DNA of 64,000 bases, from NCBI RefSeq assembly GCF_009914755.1, contig NC_060947.1; one strand, written 5' to 3'. This document shows positions 38,654-54,218 of this stretch, in pieces. The DNA comes from the human T2T-CHM13v2.0 reference genome, Homo sapiens. Under the pieces are notes generated by a model. That model did not search any database. It saw only the letters and a list, made by a program, of their open reading frames with translations, and had not been told where the DNA came from. Position 1 is the stretch's first letter. The number at the start of each line of letters is the position of its first letter. The translations under genes and the position numbers were made by a program.

Positions 38654-39306
38654 AGCGGAAAATATGTCCCTCACTCCGCCATTTCAGTCAGAATCCCAAC
38701 ACTCTCAGTCCACTAGGAATAAGCAGAATATACTCAATAGATTAAAAAAAAACAAACCCTTTTTCCTCTCCCTTTTGTCTCCTATGTCTTTCACTGAATG
38801 CTTATTAATTACTTCACCTGCTGCACATTTAATGAGACAGATTTTAGGAGAGAGAAAATTTTCCGTCTTCCTCCCAGACTTAGCATACTTCACTAAATTG
38901 TTCTGCTAATTTTCAATTTAATATAGTTGGCACACGAACAACTACTTCATATGCCTCAAAAGCCAGTCATTACATAGAAAGGACCACTCAAGTGACTCAT
39001 CATATCTAGCGATTGCAGGCCAGATAGAGCTCAGTTGAAGCAGTGCTGGAGAGTTCTCTTCTTTCCAATTTGAATCTTCTTTATATCATTGGGGCCTTGG
39101 TTTGGCATCCTCTGTTCAGAGATGAAGGCCTACAGCAGCAGAAGCAGTAGTCACCACAGTCATGCACTTGCAAACCAGTGTTTAGACCAAGAAATATCTG
39201 CAACACATGTGAACACATGCATGCCACACATGCAAATAAACATGTGAACAATGAAACAAACAACCCCAAAACGAATGCTCACAAAATAGGGCAATGCAAA
39301 CACAAA

Positions 39307-39820
39307 GACAAACACTGCATGATCTGACTCATACGCAGAGTCTAAGAAAGTTGATCTCATAGGAGTAGAGAGTAGAATGATGGTTACCAGAGTCTGGGGA
39401 AGGGAAGGGAAAGGACAAACACTGCATGATCTGACTCATACGCAGAGTCTAAGAAAGTTGATCTCATAGGAGTAGAGAGTAGAATGATGGTTACCAGAGT
39501 CTGGGGAAGGGAAGGGAAAGGGGGGTTGGGGAAAAATTGGTTTATGGGTACAGAGTCACAGTTAGGAGGGCTAAAAGTTCTGATGTGTTATTGTGCAGAA
39601 GAGTGATTGATTATAGTTAGTTAACAATATTTTATGGTATATTCCAAAATCACTAGAAGAGAGGGTTTTGAATGTTCTTCCCACAAAGAAGTGATGGACG
39701 TTTGAGGTAATGAAAATACTAAATCCCTGATTTGATTATTACACAATGCATGTATGTATCAAAACATCTCACTATATCTCATCAATATTTACAAATTATT
39801 ATGTGTCAACTAAAAAAACA
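39307..39820 (+). mobile_element. Old L1M 3' end, with a perfect 107-bp tandem duplication at its start
   Basis: tgcatgatctgactcata...gagtagaatgatggttaccagag L1M 3'UTR motif; 39307-39413 is identical to 39414-39520. Confidence 0.75.
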
Positions 39821-39824
39821 ATAA

Positions 39825-40130
<306 letters not shown>

Positions 40131-40811
40131 GAGTAACAATTTTTAAGAATGTAAAAATACTACTGAAAATTCTAATTAACACACATTTAAAAACACCATT
40201 CAAAATCGGAATAAAAAAAACCACACAAAATATACAAAACACATCCAAATATACAAAATTCTACAGGAAACAAAAACCCTAAAAAAGCAAACAAGCAATA
40301 CAATAACAAAAATCAAAAAGAACATACACAATACAAAAACCCCCAAAACATAAAAACAAATACACTAAAATGTAACTTTACTTTCCAATAATCCCAAACA
40401 AAACAGAGAACGAAGTTCAAAGGAAATCTAGCACGTATCAGGGATAGACGACACTGCACTGAGAAATGCTGCGAGTGTAGGAAGGAGAGCAGTGGACACT
40501 GAGAAGTAAACAGATGAGGTATCATAATAAACAATGATAGAAAACAAAGTAGAACAGTTTCCCACCTCTTCACTACAGCCTGTATTTCCTCATGACTTTG
40601 GGTGAAGTGAGGTATTTGGCCACTGCAAAAACAAAATCCACACACATCATCAGTTGCCAACTAGACACCAAGAAAGACATGATTTGAAAGAGCTTTCCTG
40701 GGAGATAATGTAGCAGCAGACTATCAAATTCTATCCCATCCTCTGATATGGACATGTAACATTTACACCTTGCTTCCCAGGTCGTGCTTCCTGTGGGCTC
40801 CAGGAATTGGT

Positions 40812-40941
40812 TCTCCCTCCCCCTCTACTTTCTCCTCCCCCTCCCTCCCCTTCTCCTTCTCTCTCCCTCTTCCACCCTCTCCCTTCTCCCCTTTCTCCTC
40901 TTCCCCTCCCCTCTCTTTCTCCTTCTCTCCTTCTGCCTCTC
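40812..40941. repeat. Polypyrimidine (CT-rich) low-complexity tract
   Basis: Read directly from the sequence. Confidence 0.9.
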
Positions 40942-41148
40942 CATACAGATATTTTTATATCAAGGTTCATAGCTACGTCTTTTCTAGTAGTCAAAGCCAA
41001 AATAGCTATAAACTGGAGACAAATGGCCATTAACAGGTGAATGCATTTAAAAAAAACTGGAATATCCATACAGTGGAATACTACTCATCCATAAAAACAA
41101 ATAAATTATTGATGCAAATAACAATGTGGACGAATTTCAAAATAATTA

Positions 41149-41559
<411 letters not shown>

Positions 41560-41759
41560 TTAGTGGCTGCATGGCTCTGTGGTTATGTGCAGAAGACCGA
41601 AAATGAGGATCACAAAGAGGCAGGAGGAATCTTTCAGGGAGGATGTATAATATTCCCTATTTATTTTGATTTAGGGGATGATTTCATGGGTGTATAAACA
41701 GAATATGTCAAAGCGCAAACTTTATGTCAGTCATGTATCAACGACGCTTTTTAAGAACT

Positions 41760-43290
41760 AAAGCTATCACAATACAAAAATCTCAAAATAACAAACACAT
41801 GCTCATACACACAATTCAAAAAAACCATATAAGCTAAAAAAAAAAAATCAATCAACAAATAATGCAAATTATCCCTAACAAAAGAAAGAAATTTTAGCCT
41901 TATGTACCAAAACTTCTATAAATGATTTTTTAAAAAGTAATGAATCAGAAAAACAGGGCACAAATAAATAAAAACTAAAAAGTAAACCAATAATATATTT
42001 TTAAACCCCTATCAACAATCATCCCAAATTAGAAAAGCTCAACAAACAGGATTAAAATAAATAAATAAATCAACTACAACAAATTCCAAACAGAATCAAT
42101 ACATGAACTTATCAATTAGAAAGCATGTTGCAAATACCAAACCATGTAAGCATACACACAGATACTGAGGCAAAACATTTAAAATCCAAGCAAACTCCCA
42201 CAACTTAAAAAAAAAAAACACATCCCCAATAAAGCGCACATATATATGAAAGACAAAACTTTCTGAGCCCCACACAATTAAAGGGGAAAAAATAACTACA
42301 GCAACAAAACAAAATTCATACAAATTTAAATATCCCAAAACACAAGGAAAATGAAGAACCCCCCCCCCAACACACACACACACACAAAATAAAACAATAA
42401 ACACAAACTGAAACTAAAAATACATGGAAAATAACAAAATACTTTAAAGAAGTCAACATCATTCAAAAATAATCACAGAAATGCACGCATACACACCCAC
42501 ATCCATCCACCCACCCACCCACTCACATATACACACAAAAAGTCAGCTGAAAAGCAAATAGAAATACACTAGAGAATAAAACAAAGAAAGATATAGCAAA
42601 ACAGCAGGAAAGAAACAAACATGTCTAAATACACAAAGGAAACTACAACTCAAACAACTCCCAAGCACCTCTCAGTACAAATCAAACCAAACGCATAAAT
42701 TAAAACCAAATCAAAACCAAAGAAGAAAACTCAGATTGGAACCAGCAACTAATAATTAAATCATGACAGCCCCCTCCCCCCGAAACAGGAATAAAACATT
42801 TGCTGAAACACAAACCACAATTCTAACTTAAAAAAAAAAATAAACTTCAAGTATGCAACGAAACAACAAGCAGAGGTGCCATGAACACTGAATTGCAAAC
42901 AATAAAAAATCACACTGTACCCCCAAAATATGTACAATGATTATGTGTCAGTTAAAAATAATAATACAAGCAAACAAAATAAACAAATAAACCTAAAAAG
43001 GAAGAACCAACTTTGAAAAATAAATGCACAGAGACTGGAAATGAAAGGACAATTATAAACAAAATAATATCACAAAAAACAAAAACAAAACCAAAATCAG
43101 ACAGTTACCAATGTCTGGATAAACAATATTACTAAGCAAAAACAATTTGAAAAGTCCCCCCAAACCCAACCACAATATGCACATGAACGAATCAACTAAC
43201 TAAATTAACTCATTTGTAAAAACCAACACACACATACTCACACACAAACTCACACCTTCTCAAAAATAAGCACAAATTTGAGAACAATTT
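41760..43290. repeat. Long A/C-rich low-complexity tract
   Basis: Degenerate aaac/caaa/acac repeats with strong G depletion on the plus strand. Confidence 0.8.
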
Positions 43291-44602
43291 GCAGTGGTGC
43301 CACTGTCACTGCCCCAGACACACATCTAGGGTGGTGAGACTTTCTGCCCAGGAAAACTCTTAGAGCTCATGAAATAGGGAAGAAGATACCATGAGCAGTA
43401 GACACTGGTAGTACACAGGCGATAATGTAGTAGTATTAGTGATATAAGAGAAGAATACCCTTCCTCTTGATTACAATCTAAATTTTTGCCAAGATTTGGA
43501 ACGGAGTGAGACATGTCACTGACTCGAGATGACAACAAAATTCCATAAACTTCAACTTGCCCACTTAAGGTGCTTTATGAGAATTAATCCGGAAGGGGTC
43601 ACCAGGATGATTACCCTCCAACCCCACTCCACCTCCATTTTTCCAGCACCGTAGTGTGTACAACCTGCTTCCTAGTCACTGCTCCAGTCTGAAGATGTTC
43701 TCCAGGGATCCGGCGCTGGCCATCTTTTGTCTGTGATTCTCAAGTTTTCTTTCTGAAGACCTTAGGTTAAGAAGGAGCAACTGAAGGGAAGTGGAAGGGA
43801 AAAGACAAATATATATGTTATCATTCTCAATAATCTGAGATGAATACCTTCACTTCTTTTTATTCCTTCATATAATTTTAAAAATAAAATGTTAAATATA
43901 ATTCAAAGAAAACTAACAAAACAAATATTCTAGGCAACTTCTTAACCTTTTATAGATATGTTGAATTTAGAAAGGACTGATATACACATATTTTCAATAA
44001 ATATTTTTTAAAATATACATATAAATATTTTTTAAAAATATATACATAAATATTTTATATATATATATATATATATTTTTTTAACCAACAGATAGATAAT
44101 TTTGGAAATAATGTATTTTTCCAAGTAAGGAAGAACACACAAACTCTTAAGGAAAGGCTTGTCTTCAATCCTGAAAGAGCAAGAGCTTTTTGGTGCAGAG
44201 GGATGCTTCTGAGGCAGGAGGGAATTTGAAGAGCCCACTGGGAAATGAAAAGGCTTGGAAGCTAAAAGAAATGTTGTGAGGAAAAATACGTTGGAGGTTT
44301 TTCAAGGCAAAATGAATAGTTGGGCTCTGTAGCAGTAGAAGCTCTGAATATAAAAAGAGGAAAAGCCACATCCTCACTACAAATTTTCTTACCTGTGTGG
44401 GCATGCCTCCTTTGGACAAGGGTATATAAATCCCCGGAAAGCCTACATGGGTGATTTTTCCTGGGAGCCCTCAGTCCCTAGGATTTGCCTTTCAAGACCT
44501 GCCTATGGGAGTCCATTGAGTTAGCCCAGCAAGGGGAGGGTGGTGCTTGGACACAAGGGAGGGCAGCTCTGTGCATGCGGCTGTATACACTCACACCCAT
44601 GG

Positions 44603-44717
44603 CCACCAAATATGCGTTACGTGATGTGTATTACTCTACTCCAAAAGGCTACAATCATGTTTTAGTTTACATGAGTGACGCCCTCTGGAGTAGGGCACTA
44701 CACTCAGCTGAAGGTGG
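44603..44717 (-). ncRNA. MIR508: pre-miR-508 (5p 44670-44692 UACUCCAGAGGGCGUCACUCAUG; 3p 44635-44657 UGAUUGUAGCCUUUUGGAGUAGA)
   Basis: Matches recalled hsa-mir-508. Confidence 0.97.
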
Positions 44718-45679
44718 TGGCTCTACCCAAATATATACGTGAAGTTTAGATACGATGAAGAATTTCTAGTATGTTTGCCACTCCATTCCCATTCTCTAAC
44801 CATCCTTTAGTGAGGATACTCTTACTTGCTGCATATTTCATGTGCTGATTTTGAGGACTTCTTCTCTTCAGTCGGCAACAAATAATCTCACCAACATTTT
44901 CCTATGTATTTTCAAGTCATTAGGAATGGCATATTAAAAATGATTTGTGTTCCACCAGTGTTAAAGGTCTCCCCACCCTCTGTGCCCCCAAATTCCTAGT
45001 CCCTTGGTTCAGAGTTATTTAACTTTTAACACCAAAACAACAGAGAGAACAAGGTAAACATGCAGAGAATTCAAGCAAAAGAGATAGATCATTTAGGCAG
45101 TGCCAGGATTCATAGGACAAAAATCTCATTTTCTCCACCATTCCTGGGGATTATACAGATCATTTACCTTGCCTGGAATCATTTCCAAGAGAGCAATTGG
45201 CTTAGAACCTAGTTATATCTTATTCTTCCTTCTCAGCCCTGGACTTTCTCAACATTTCCTAGAGTTCTTGTCAAGAGGGTCTCTTTCAAAATTTTCATTT
45301 GGAGACACAGGCCTCCCAGGAATCTATTTTTTCCTTTCAATACTGAGGCTGAAGAAAGGGGGAAGCAAGTAGGAGTAAGAGATCCACAGACCCCAAACTA
45401 GTTATATTTTAAGAGCTAGGGAGCCAAGTTAAACAAAAGACTGTAAAGAGAGAGGGAGGTGCACCGAATAAATTAAAGGATTAGCTAAATTACTTGCCAT
45501 GGAGCAAGAGAAAGGGAGATTATGGTGTGGGACATTTAATCTGGACATGTCCAGGTCTCCCAGCATTCAGGAAGCTCCACCAGTGTCAGTAGTCCAAAAT
45601 GACCCAAGTCTACAGCTACACACCAATAAATCAAAACTCAAACAAAAATATTTCTAAAATCAATTCTACCTCATAAATA

Positions 45680-46600
45680 AGTGAAACAATGCTCAATATC
45701 ACTAATTAGGGAAATGCAACCAAAACCACAATGTGATACGACTTCACACCCATTAGAATCAATATTATCAACAAGCAAACAAACAGAAAATAACAAGTGT
45801 TGACAAGTGAAGAAATTATAACCCCGTGCATTGCTGGTAGGAAAGTAAAATGGCACAGTCACCACAGAAAACACTATGGTGGTTCTTCAAAAAATTAAAG
45901 ATATAATTACCATATTTCAGCAATTGCAGTATTGGGTATATACCCAAAAGAACTGAAATCAGTATTTCAAAGGGACATAGTGCCCCCATGTTCAAAGCAG
46001 CATTATTTATAATAGACAAAAGGTAGAAGCAATACAAGTGTTCATCAACAGATAAAGTGATATGCAAACTGTGGTATATGCATACAAGGAAATGTTATTT
46101 GCCCTACAAAAGGAAATAATTTTCTTTTTAAACTGGGTTTCCTTATGTTGTTCAGGCTAGAATCTAACTCTTGGACTCAAGCGATCTTCCTGCCTCAGCC
46201 TCTTGAGTAGCTGGGACTACAGTCATGTGCATCCATGTCCAGCTTAGAAATAAAATTCTGACACATGCTATAACATGGATTAACCTTGAAGACAATATGC
46301 TGGGTAAAATAAAGCAGTCACAAAGGAATACTACTGTATGATTTTATTCTATTCAGTCCCTGGAATAGGCAAACTAGGAGAGACAGAAAGTAGAATAGCG
46401 GTTACCAAGAGCTGGGAATGGGGAGTCAGTGTTTAATGGTTACAGAGGTTTAGTTTGGGATAATGAATCATTTCTGGAGATGGATTGTGGTGATCATTGC
46501 ACACCACTGTGGATTTACTTAATTCCACTGAATTTTACACTTAAAATGATTAAAATGGTAAATTTTATGTTTATATACATTTTACAATTAAAAAAAAATT
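45680..46600 (+). mobile_element. L1M 3' fragment with a nested antisense Alu monomer (~46120-46245)
   Basis: gaaatgcaaccaaaaccacaatgtgatac...gggtatatacccaaaagaactgaaa L1 motifs. Confidence 0.75.
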
Positions 46601-47394
46601 AACCTCCAAATAATTCCAAATACCTCTGAAAATATAAGAACCCACCCCCAAAACAGATACCAAAACTAAAACAATCAGTAATAAAGCAAAAAAATACGGC
46701 CACGAAGCAAAATAAAACCACTCTAAGTAGATACATGTTGTACAGTGTTAGCAACACTAGTAGATAAAATAGAAGATACTTCCTCTTCTTGATATTAACC
46801 TAAATTCCCATTTAAGGTGGGCAACAAATTTCCTTTAAAAGAAGTTATCAAGTAAACCGCCTGGTGTGGATTAAAAGAAGAGATGCATCAGAAAGCCCCA
46901 TTTCCTAACACAGGAAGGTAAAATATATAACCCGATTCCCAGACAAGGTTCCTATCTTGCTTATGGTCACCAGGCCTCTGAGACTTAAAGCTTACAGCTC
47001 TCTTTTGTGCTCTTTGTACTCTCTCACTCTCTCTCTCTCTCTCACTCTCTCTCTCTCTCTCTCTCTCTCCCTCCCTCTCTCTCTCTTCTCCTTTCTGTCC
47101 CATCCACGAGGTTAAGTGGAGACATCAAACAGAAAATGTGATACAAAAACTCACTTAGCACTTCATCATTATAAGACTCTCTAAGGACTGATCCCACCTT
47201 GACATTATTCTTTTCACATATAAACCTGAGGGAAAAAGTAACAAAAGTACAAGTGTCAGAAAAGAATAACCGTTTTGGGAAAATTGAATTATTTGGTAAT
47301 ATCATATAAGATCCAAAGTATATCCAAAGGAACTGAACACTCGTAGGTCTATGAAGAAAGAAGTGGCTTCAACCCAGAGATTCAATAGAATTTT

Positions 47395-48810
47395 TAAAAC
47401 AACAACTTTATTGCAGTATCACTGATAGATTGAAAACTGTATATATTTAATATATACAGTTGATAAGTTTGGACACACCAATGAAACCATCACTACAATC
47501 AAGGTAATAGATAGATACATTCATCATCTCCAAAAGTTTCCTTCTGACCCTTTGATTTTGATTTTGTTTTTCTGTGGTAAGAATGTAACATGAGATCTAC
47601 ACCTTAACATAATTTTAAGAACACAATACAATATAATTAATTATAGGTCCTGTGTTATACAGCAGATTTCTATAACTTTTTTTATCTTGCATAAGCAAAA
47701 CTCTATATCCACTGAAAAACAATTACTCATTTCCCTCTTCTCCCAGTGTCTGGCAACCACCATTCTATTCTCTATTTCTATGTGCTTGACTGTTTCAGAT
47801 GCCTCATATAAGTGGAATCATACAGTACTTGTCCATCTGTGACTGGCTTAATAAGTTGATTCAAAAATGGACAAGGTACGTGAATAGAAATTTCTCCAAA
47901 AAAGACACACAAATGTCCAACAGGTATATGAAAACAAACATACTCAGTATTAGGAATCATTAGGGAATGCAAATCAAAACCATAATGACGAATCATACTG
48001 CACCTGTTAAAATGGCTGTAATTCAAAAAAGATAAATGTTGGTGGGTGTGGAGAAAAAGTAATCCTTGTTGTGTTAGTCCATTTTCATACTGCTATAAAG
48101 AACTGCCCGAACTAGGTAATGTATAAAAGAAAGAGGTTTAATTGACTAACAGGTCCGCATGGCTGGGGAGGCTGTTTCCACTTTGCCTTCCACAATTATG
48201 GTGGAAGGGGAAGGGGAAGCAAGGCACGTTCTTCACAAGACGGCAAGAAGGAGAATGAATGCACGAGGAACTACCAAACACTTATAACACCAGCAGATCT
48301 CGTGAGAACTATCATGAGAACAGCATGGGGGAAACCACCCCCATGATTAAATTACCCCTTCCTGGTCTCTCCCTTGACTGACATAGTGGGATTATGGGGA
48401 TTATAATTCAAGATGATATTTGGGTGGGGACACAAAGCCTAACCATATCCCTTGTACACTGTTGGTGGTAATGTAAATTAGTATAGTCATTTTTAAAAAC
48501 ACTATGGAAGTTCTTCAAAAAATTAAAAACAGCACAACTATACCAACCAACCAACAATCCGGCTCCTAGGTATATATCCAAAATAATTAAAATCAGAATC
48601 TTGAAGAGATGTTTGCATTCTTATATTTATTACAGCATCATTAACAATAGGCAAAATATAAAAGCAACCCAAATTTCCATCAACAACAGATGAGCAGATA
48701 AAGAAAATGTGGTACATACATACAAATTAAATATTATTCAGCCTTAGTAAACAAGTCAGTTCTACCATTTGCAACTACATGAATGAATCCGGAGGATATT
48801 AGGCTACATG
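47395..48810. mobile_element. L1M fragments (minus 47395-47850; plus 47855-48810) interrupted by a THE1/MST LTR
   Basis: L1 3'-end motifs in both orientations. Confidence 0.65.
48071..48449 (-). mobile_element. MaLR THE1-type solo LTR
   Basis: tgttagtccattttcatactgctataaagaac...tgggtggggacacaaagcctaaccatatc. Confidence 0.85.
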
Positions 48811-49012
48811 AAATAATTCAGAGTTTTGGTGTACATATGGAGGAAGCTGAGCAGCTGGAGAAAATTTAGAAAGAAAGGAAAGTTTTGAAAAGAGTGAAAG
48901 GAACTGTCAGGTGACCAATGGTTAAGAGTTTGGGGGGAAAGAGAAAATTGGGTTCTACAGAGAAGACAAACAGTGATAAAACAAACAGGGGAGCTATGTT
49001 CTCCTAGCAAGT

Positions 49013-49647
<635 letters not shown>

Positions 49648-50499
49648 TAACAAGTCTTATTTCTATTTGGTCAGGCCATTTTTGAAGAAAGAAATGTAAA
49701 TCACCAAATCACCTACTTTGGAGGCTTCAACTATGGGATCTTAGTCTTGATGTTTTGCATCTTAGAAGGCACTTAAGAAAGTTTTTTGAGATAGACCGAC
49801 CAGTATTGAAGTGGAGGAAGGGTGCCTAGGCTCCAAAGAAAGCAGCTCTCCGCATGCTAATAAACACCACCCAGTCTCAGTGCTACCATCCATGTGTATT
49901 TGTTGTGCATTTACAGCCAAAATGGGGTTATAGGAAACTAATTATCCTCAGACCTGAACCAATTAAAAAACTGACAAAATATAGGGAACAACAGTTTATA
50001 AGACTTTACCAGAAATCAGGCAGTGAAGGACAGTAATTCCTGAGAGATGGAAAATAAACTGTAAATATTATTTGTACATATTAGCAATGAACAATTGTAA
50101 TAATTTTTAAATAATACCATTTAATCTAGAACAAAAATTACATAGTTAGCTGTAAATAAGTGGAGAAATATACTGTGCTTATGGATTGGAAGAAACAGTG
50201 TTGTAATATATCAAATCTTCCCATGGGGATCCAGAGATTCAGCACAATGTTAATCAAATTCTAACTAGAAATGTTTGTAAATATCAACAACTTTATTCGA
50301 AAATTTATATTTTTATTATGTAAGTTTAAGGTATAATTAAAATGTTTTGGTATAGATATATATAAAGTAAAATGATTACCACATGCAAACAATTTATAAT
50401 ATCTCACACAGTTGGCTTTTTGTGGCAAGAACACCCTAAAATGTTTATGGAAAGACAAAAAAATAAGAATAGCCTAATCAATTTAAGAAATAGGTACAA

Positions 50500-50834
<335 letters not shown>

Positions 50835-51907
50835 TTAGCTATAGTAATCAAGACAATGTGGTATTGGCAAAAGGAGAGAGAGAAAGAGATTAATGGAACA
50901 GAATAAGGAGTCCAGATATAGACCCACAAAAATACAGTGAAAATGTTGGTTGTGGATTAGCTAGAGATATCACATATTTCCAGAGTGTGAAATAGTACAG
51001 CCACTTTGAATGTCTGACAGCTTCTAATAAAATTCAACATACATCTATGTAAGGCACAGCAATCCCACTCCCAGGTATTTATTTACCATAGAGAAATAAA
51101 AATGTGTGTTCACACACAAAAAAAACTCAATGTACTCAAATGTTAATAACAGTTAAATTTTTGATTGCTACACATTGGAAGCAATGCAAGTATCCTTCAC
51201 CTGGTGAATAGATAAACAACACTTGTGATACATCCATATAATGGAATACTATATAGTAATAACAAGAAGCCCACAGAACTTCATGAATATCAAGTACATT
51301 ATGCTATGTGAAAGCCAAATATAAAAAGACTACATTCTATATGATTTCACTTGTCTGAAGTTATTGGAAAGAAAACTATATGGGTAGAATGCAGATCAGT
51401 GGTTTCTAAGGTCTAAAGGTGAGGGAAGGCAATTGAATGCAAATGGACGTAAAGGAATTTGGGGGGGTGGCAGAAATATTGAAGTGTCAGCTACATTATT
51501 AAATATGTTTGTAAAAGCTCATTAAATCGTACAAATAATTATGATGAACTTTGCCGTATGTAAGTTGTACTTCCAAAAGCTGATTTTAAAAAATCTCTTC
51601 ACAGGAAAATAATGGCAAAAACATGCAAAAATATTACTCTGCTTCAACCATCCCAAGCCCAAATGTCCTTCCTTCTTCTTTTTCTCCATCCTCTCTTTTA
51701 GTAACCTCAAAGTACTCATTTTAACAGTTTTATAGATTTCCAGAATATCTGAGACTCACTGCTGAGCAAAACCCTAAAGAAAATACTCACAAACAAGCAA
51801 ACAACAAGTAAAATCAACAATAAAAAGAATAAAAGCAAACTCAAGCAAAAGAATCCCCAAAACATATAAAGAAAATTTAAAAAATACGAAAACAAATGAC
51901 TCAGAGA

Positions 51908-51970
<63 letters not shown>

Positions 51971-52464
51971 AACCCAAACAATTATAACTACAACAAGAAA
52001 AAAAATACTGAAAATTCTAAACAATATAAAACCCTACATCAGTGAAAACAAAATAGCAAACCAACAAAAGCTGAACACACAAAATAAAGTGAGACAAGTG
52101 GCTGGGAATAAACAGGAAAAGTGACAAACATCAGTTGCCAACTCAATGCTCTTTTGTGATTTAAAGGCTGGGTACGTCTGGATATACCTAATTTCCCAGT
52201 ATGAGAACACACAATACACAAAGTACTTCCCACTAACTTCTTCAATCCTGCAATGGTGTCCAGGACAGCGAAATGTTTGCTGTCTGTTATCTGTGTTTTT
52301 CTCTCTTTGCTAGTCTCTTAGGGGAAGCTGAATTAAGATAGGATTCCTTAAGAAGAGAAATAAAAGTCTATGAAATATTTATTCAGTTCCAAAAGTCTGA
52401 GAAGTAAAACCTCTCATCACTTCAACAAATTATGTTTGACACAAAATGTACTCAAAAAAAGTTA

Positions 52465-53582
52465 ACACAATAGAGAACTCAGAAATAACTCAGCACACCT
52501 ACAACTATCTGATCTTCGACAAACCTGACAAAAACAGCAATGGGGAAAGGATTCCCTATTTAGTAAATGGTGCTGGGAGAACTGGCTAGCCATATGCAGA
52601 AAACTAAAACTGGACCCCTACCTTACACCATATACAGAAATTAACTCAAGATAGTTTAAAGACTTAAATGTAAAACCCAAAACTATAAAAACCTTAGAAG
52701 AAATTCTAGGCAATACCATTTGGGACATAGGTACAGGCAAAGATTTCATGATGAAGATGCCAGAAGCAATTGCAACAAAAGCAAAAATTAACAAATGGGA
52801 TCTAATTAAACTAAAGAGCTTTGGCAAAGCAAAAGGAACTATCACCAGGTGAACAGACAGCCTACAGAATGGAAGAAACTTTCTGCAATCTATACATCTG
52901 ACAAAGATCTAATATCCAGAGTCTACAAGGAACTTAAACAAATTCACAAGAAAAAACCAAACAGCCCCATTAAGAAGTGACCAAAGGACATGAACAGACA
53001 CTTCTCAAAAGAGGACATACATGTGGCCAACAGACATACGAAAAAAAAGCTCAACATCACCCATCATTCAAAAAATGCGTATCAAAACCACAATGAGATA
53101 CCATTTCACACCAGTCAGAATGGCTATTACTAAAAAGTCCAAAAATAACAGATGCTGGCAAGGTTGCAGAGAAAAAGGAATGCTTCTACACTGTTGGTGG
53201 GAGTGTAAATTAGTTCAACCATCGTGGAAGACAGTGTGGTGATTCCTCAAAGATCCAGAGGCAGAAATACCATTTGACCCAGCAATCCCAATACTGGGTA
53301 TATACCCAGAGGAATATATTCATATAAATCATTCTGTTATAAAGACACATGCACTCGTATGTTCACTGCAGCACTATTCACAATAGCAAAGACATAGAAT
53401 CAACCTAAATGCCTATCAATGATAGACTGAATAAAGAAAATATGGTACATATACACCATGGAATACTATGCAGTCATAAAAAGGAATGAGATCATGTCCT
53501 TTTCAGGGACATGGATGGAGCTGGAAGCCGTTATCCTCAGCAAACTAACACAGTGAAAGAAAACCAAACAAAAAAAAAAAAT
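52465..53582 (+). mobile_element. L1P ORF2 C-terminal fragment
   Basis: gatcttcgacaaacctgacaaaaac...; ORF 53021-53242 encodes the Cys-rich domain (HCWWECKL). Confidence 0.9.
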
Positions 53583-53730
53583 GAATCCTGAAACACCTAG
53601 AGGGATTAGAGGGGCCCTCAAATCCTAGGTCTGGACTCTCCAGAGGCACTTAAGAGTCTTCTGCAAGGATAGCAATTTGGCCAAAATGAGTACATCTATG
53701 TGTAGACGACAGCCACACCACCTCCCCACA

Positions 53731-53848
53731 GGGCCACCACATGTAGTTGTACATGTTGCGAATTAAAGTGACTATCATATTTTAGTACACCTGATAGCAC
53801 CTTTTGGAGTGCAGTACTGCACAAAGCAGGATTAAATGTAGCAGCCCT
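53731..53848 (-). pseudogene. Degenerate miR-506-family hairpin paralog (5' arm intact, 3' arm deleted)
   Basis: Family-type flanks (gggccaccacat...; ...cccaaatgctccc) and loop (atattttagtacac); 5' arm CACUCCAAAAGGUGCUAUCAGG at 53790-53811. Confidence 0.75.
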
Positions 53849-54218
53849 GCCCAAATGCTCCCCAATCATATTACTTTCATACAGTTGCTTTATGCTTCCA
53901 GCACATATGTAGCCCTTCAGATTATATAAAAGACCTATGAAACATACACCCCTGTTACCCTCACTCTGTCATCCCTCCCTGCATTAGTATCTCCTCACCT
54001 GCTGCATGCATGATTTGCAGATTTTCCGGTTGAGAGAGAATAATTATTTTTTCTTCTCTCACTCAGGTTAGGTATATTCTCATCTGTGTTAATCTGTTGA
54101 ATTTCATTAGAAGTGATATTTATGTATTATTTACTTTCCTCCAAAGTTGAAAGGATTCATCAACATACCTACATCATCCTTCTCTATTCCAAACTTCCAC
54201 CTGAAATTTCCACAACCT

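Noticed and set aside
40731-41069. Gly/Glu/Arg-rich and Pro/Ser-rich ORFs
   Set aside because: Produced by a CT-rich low-complexity tract
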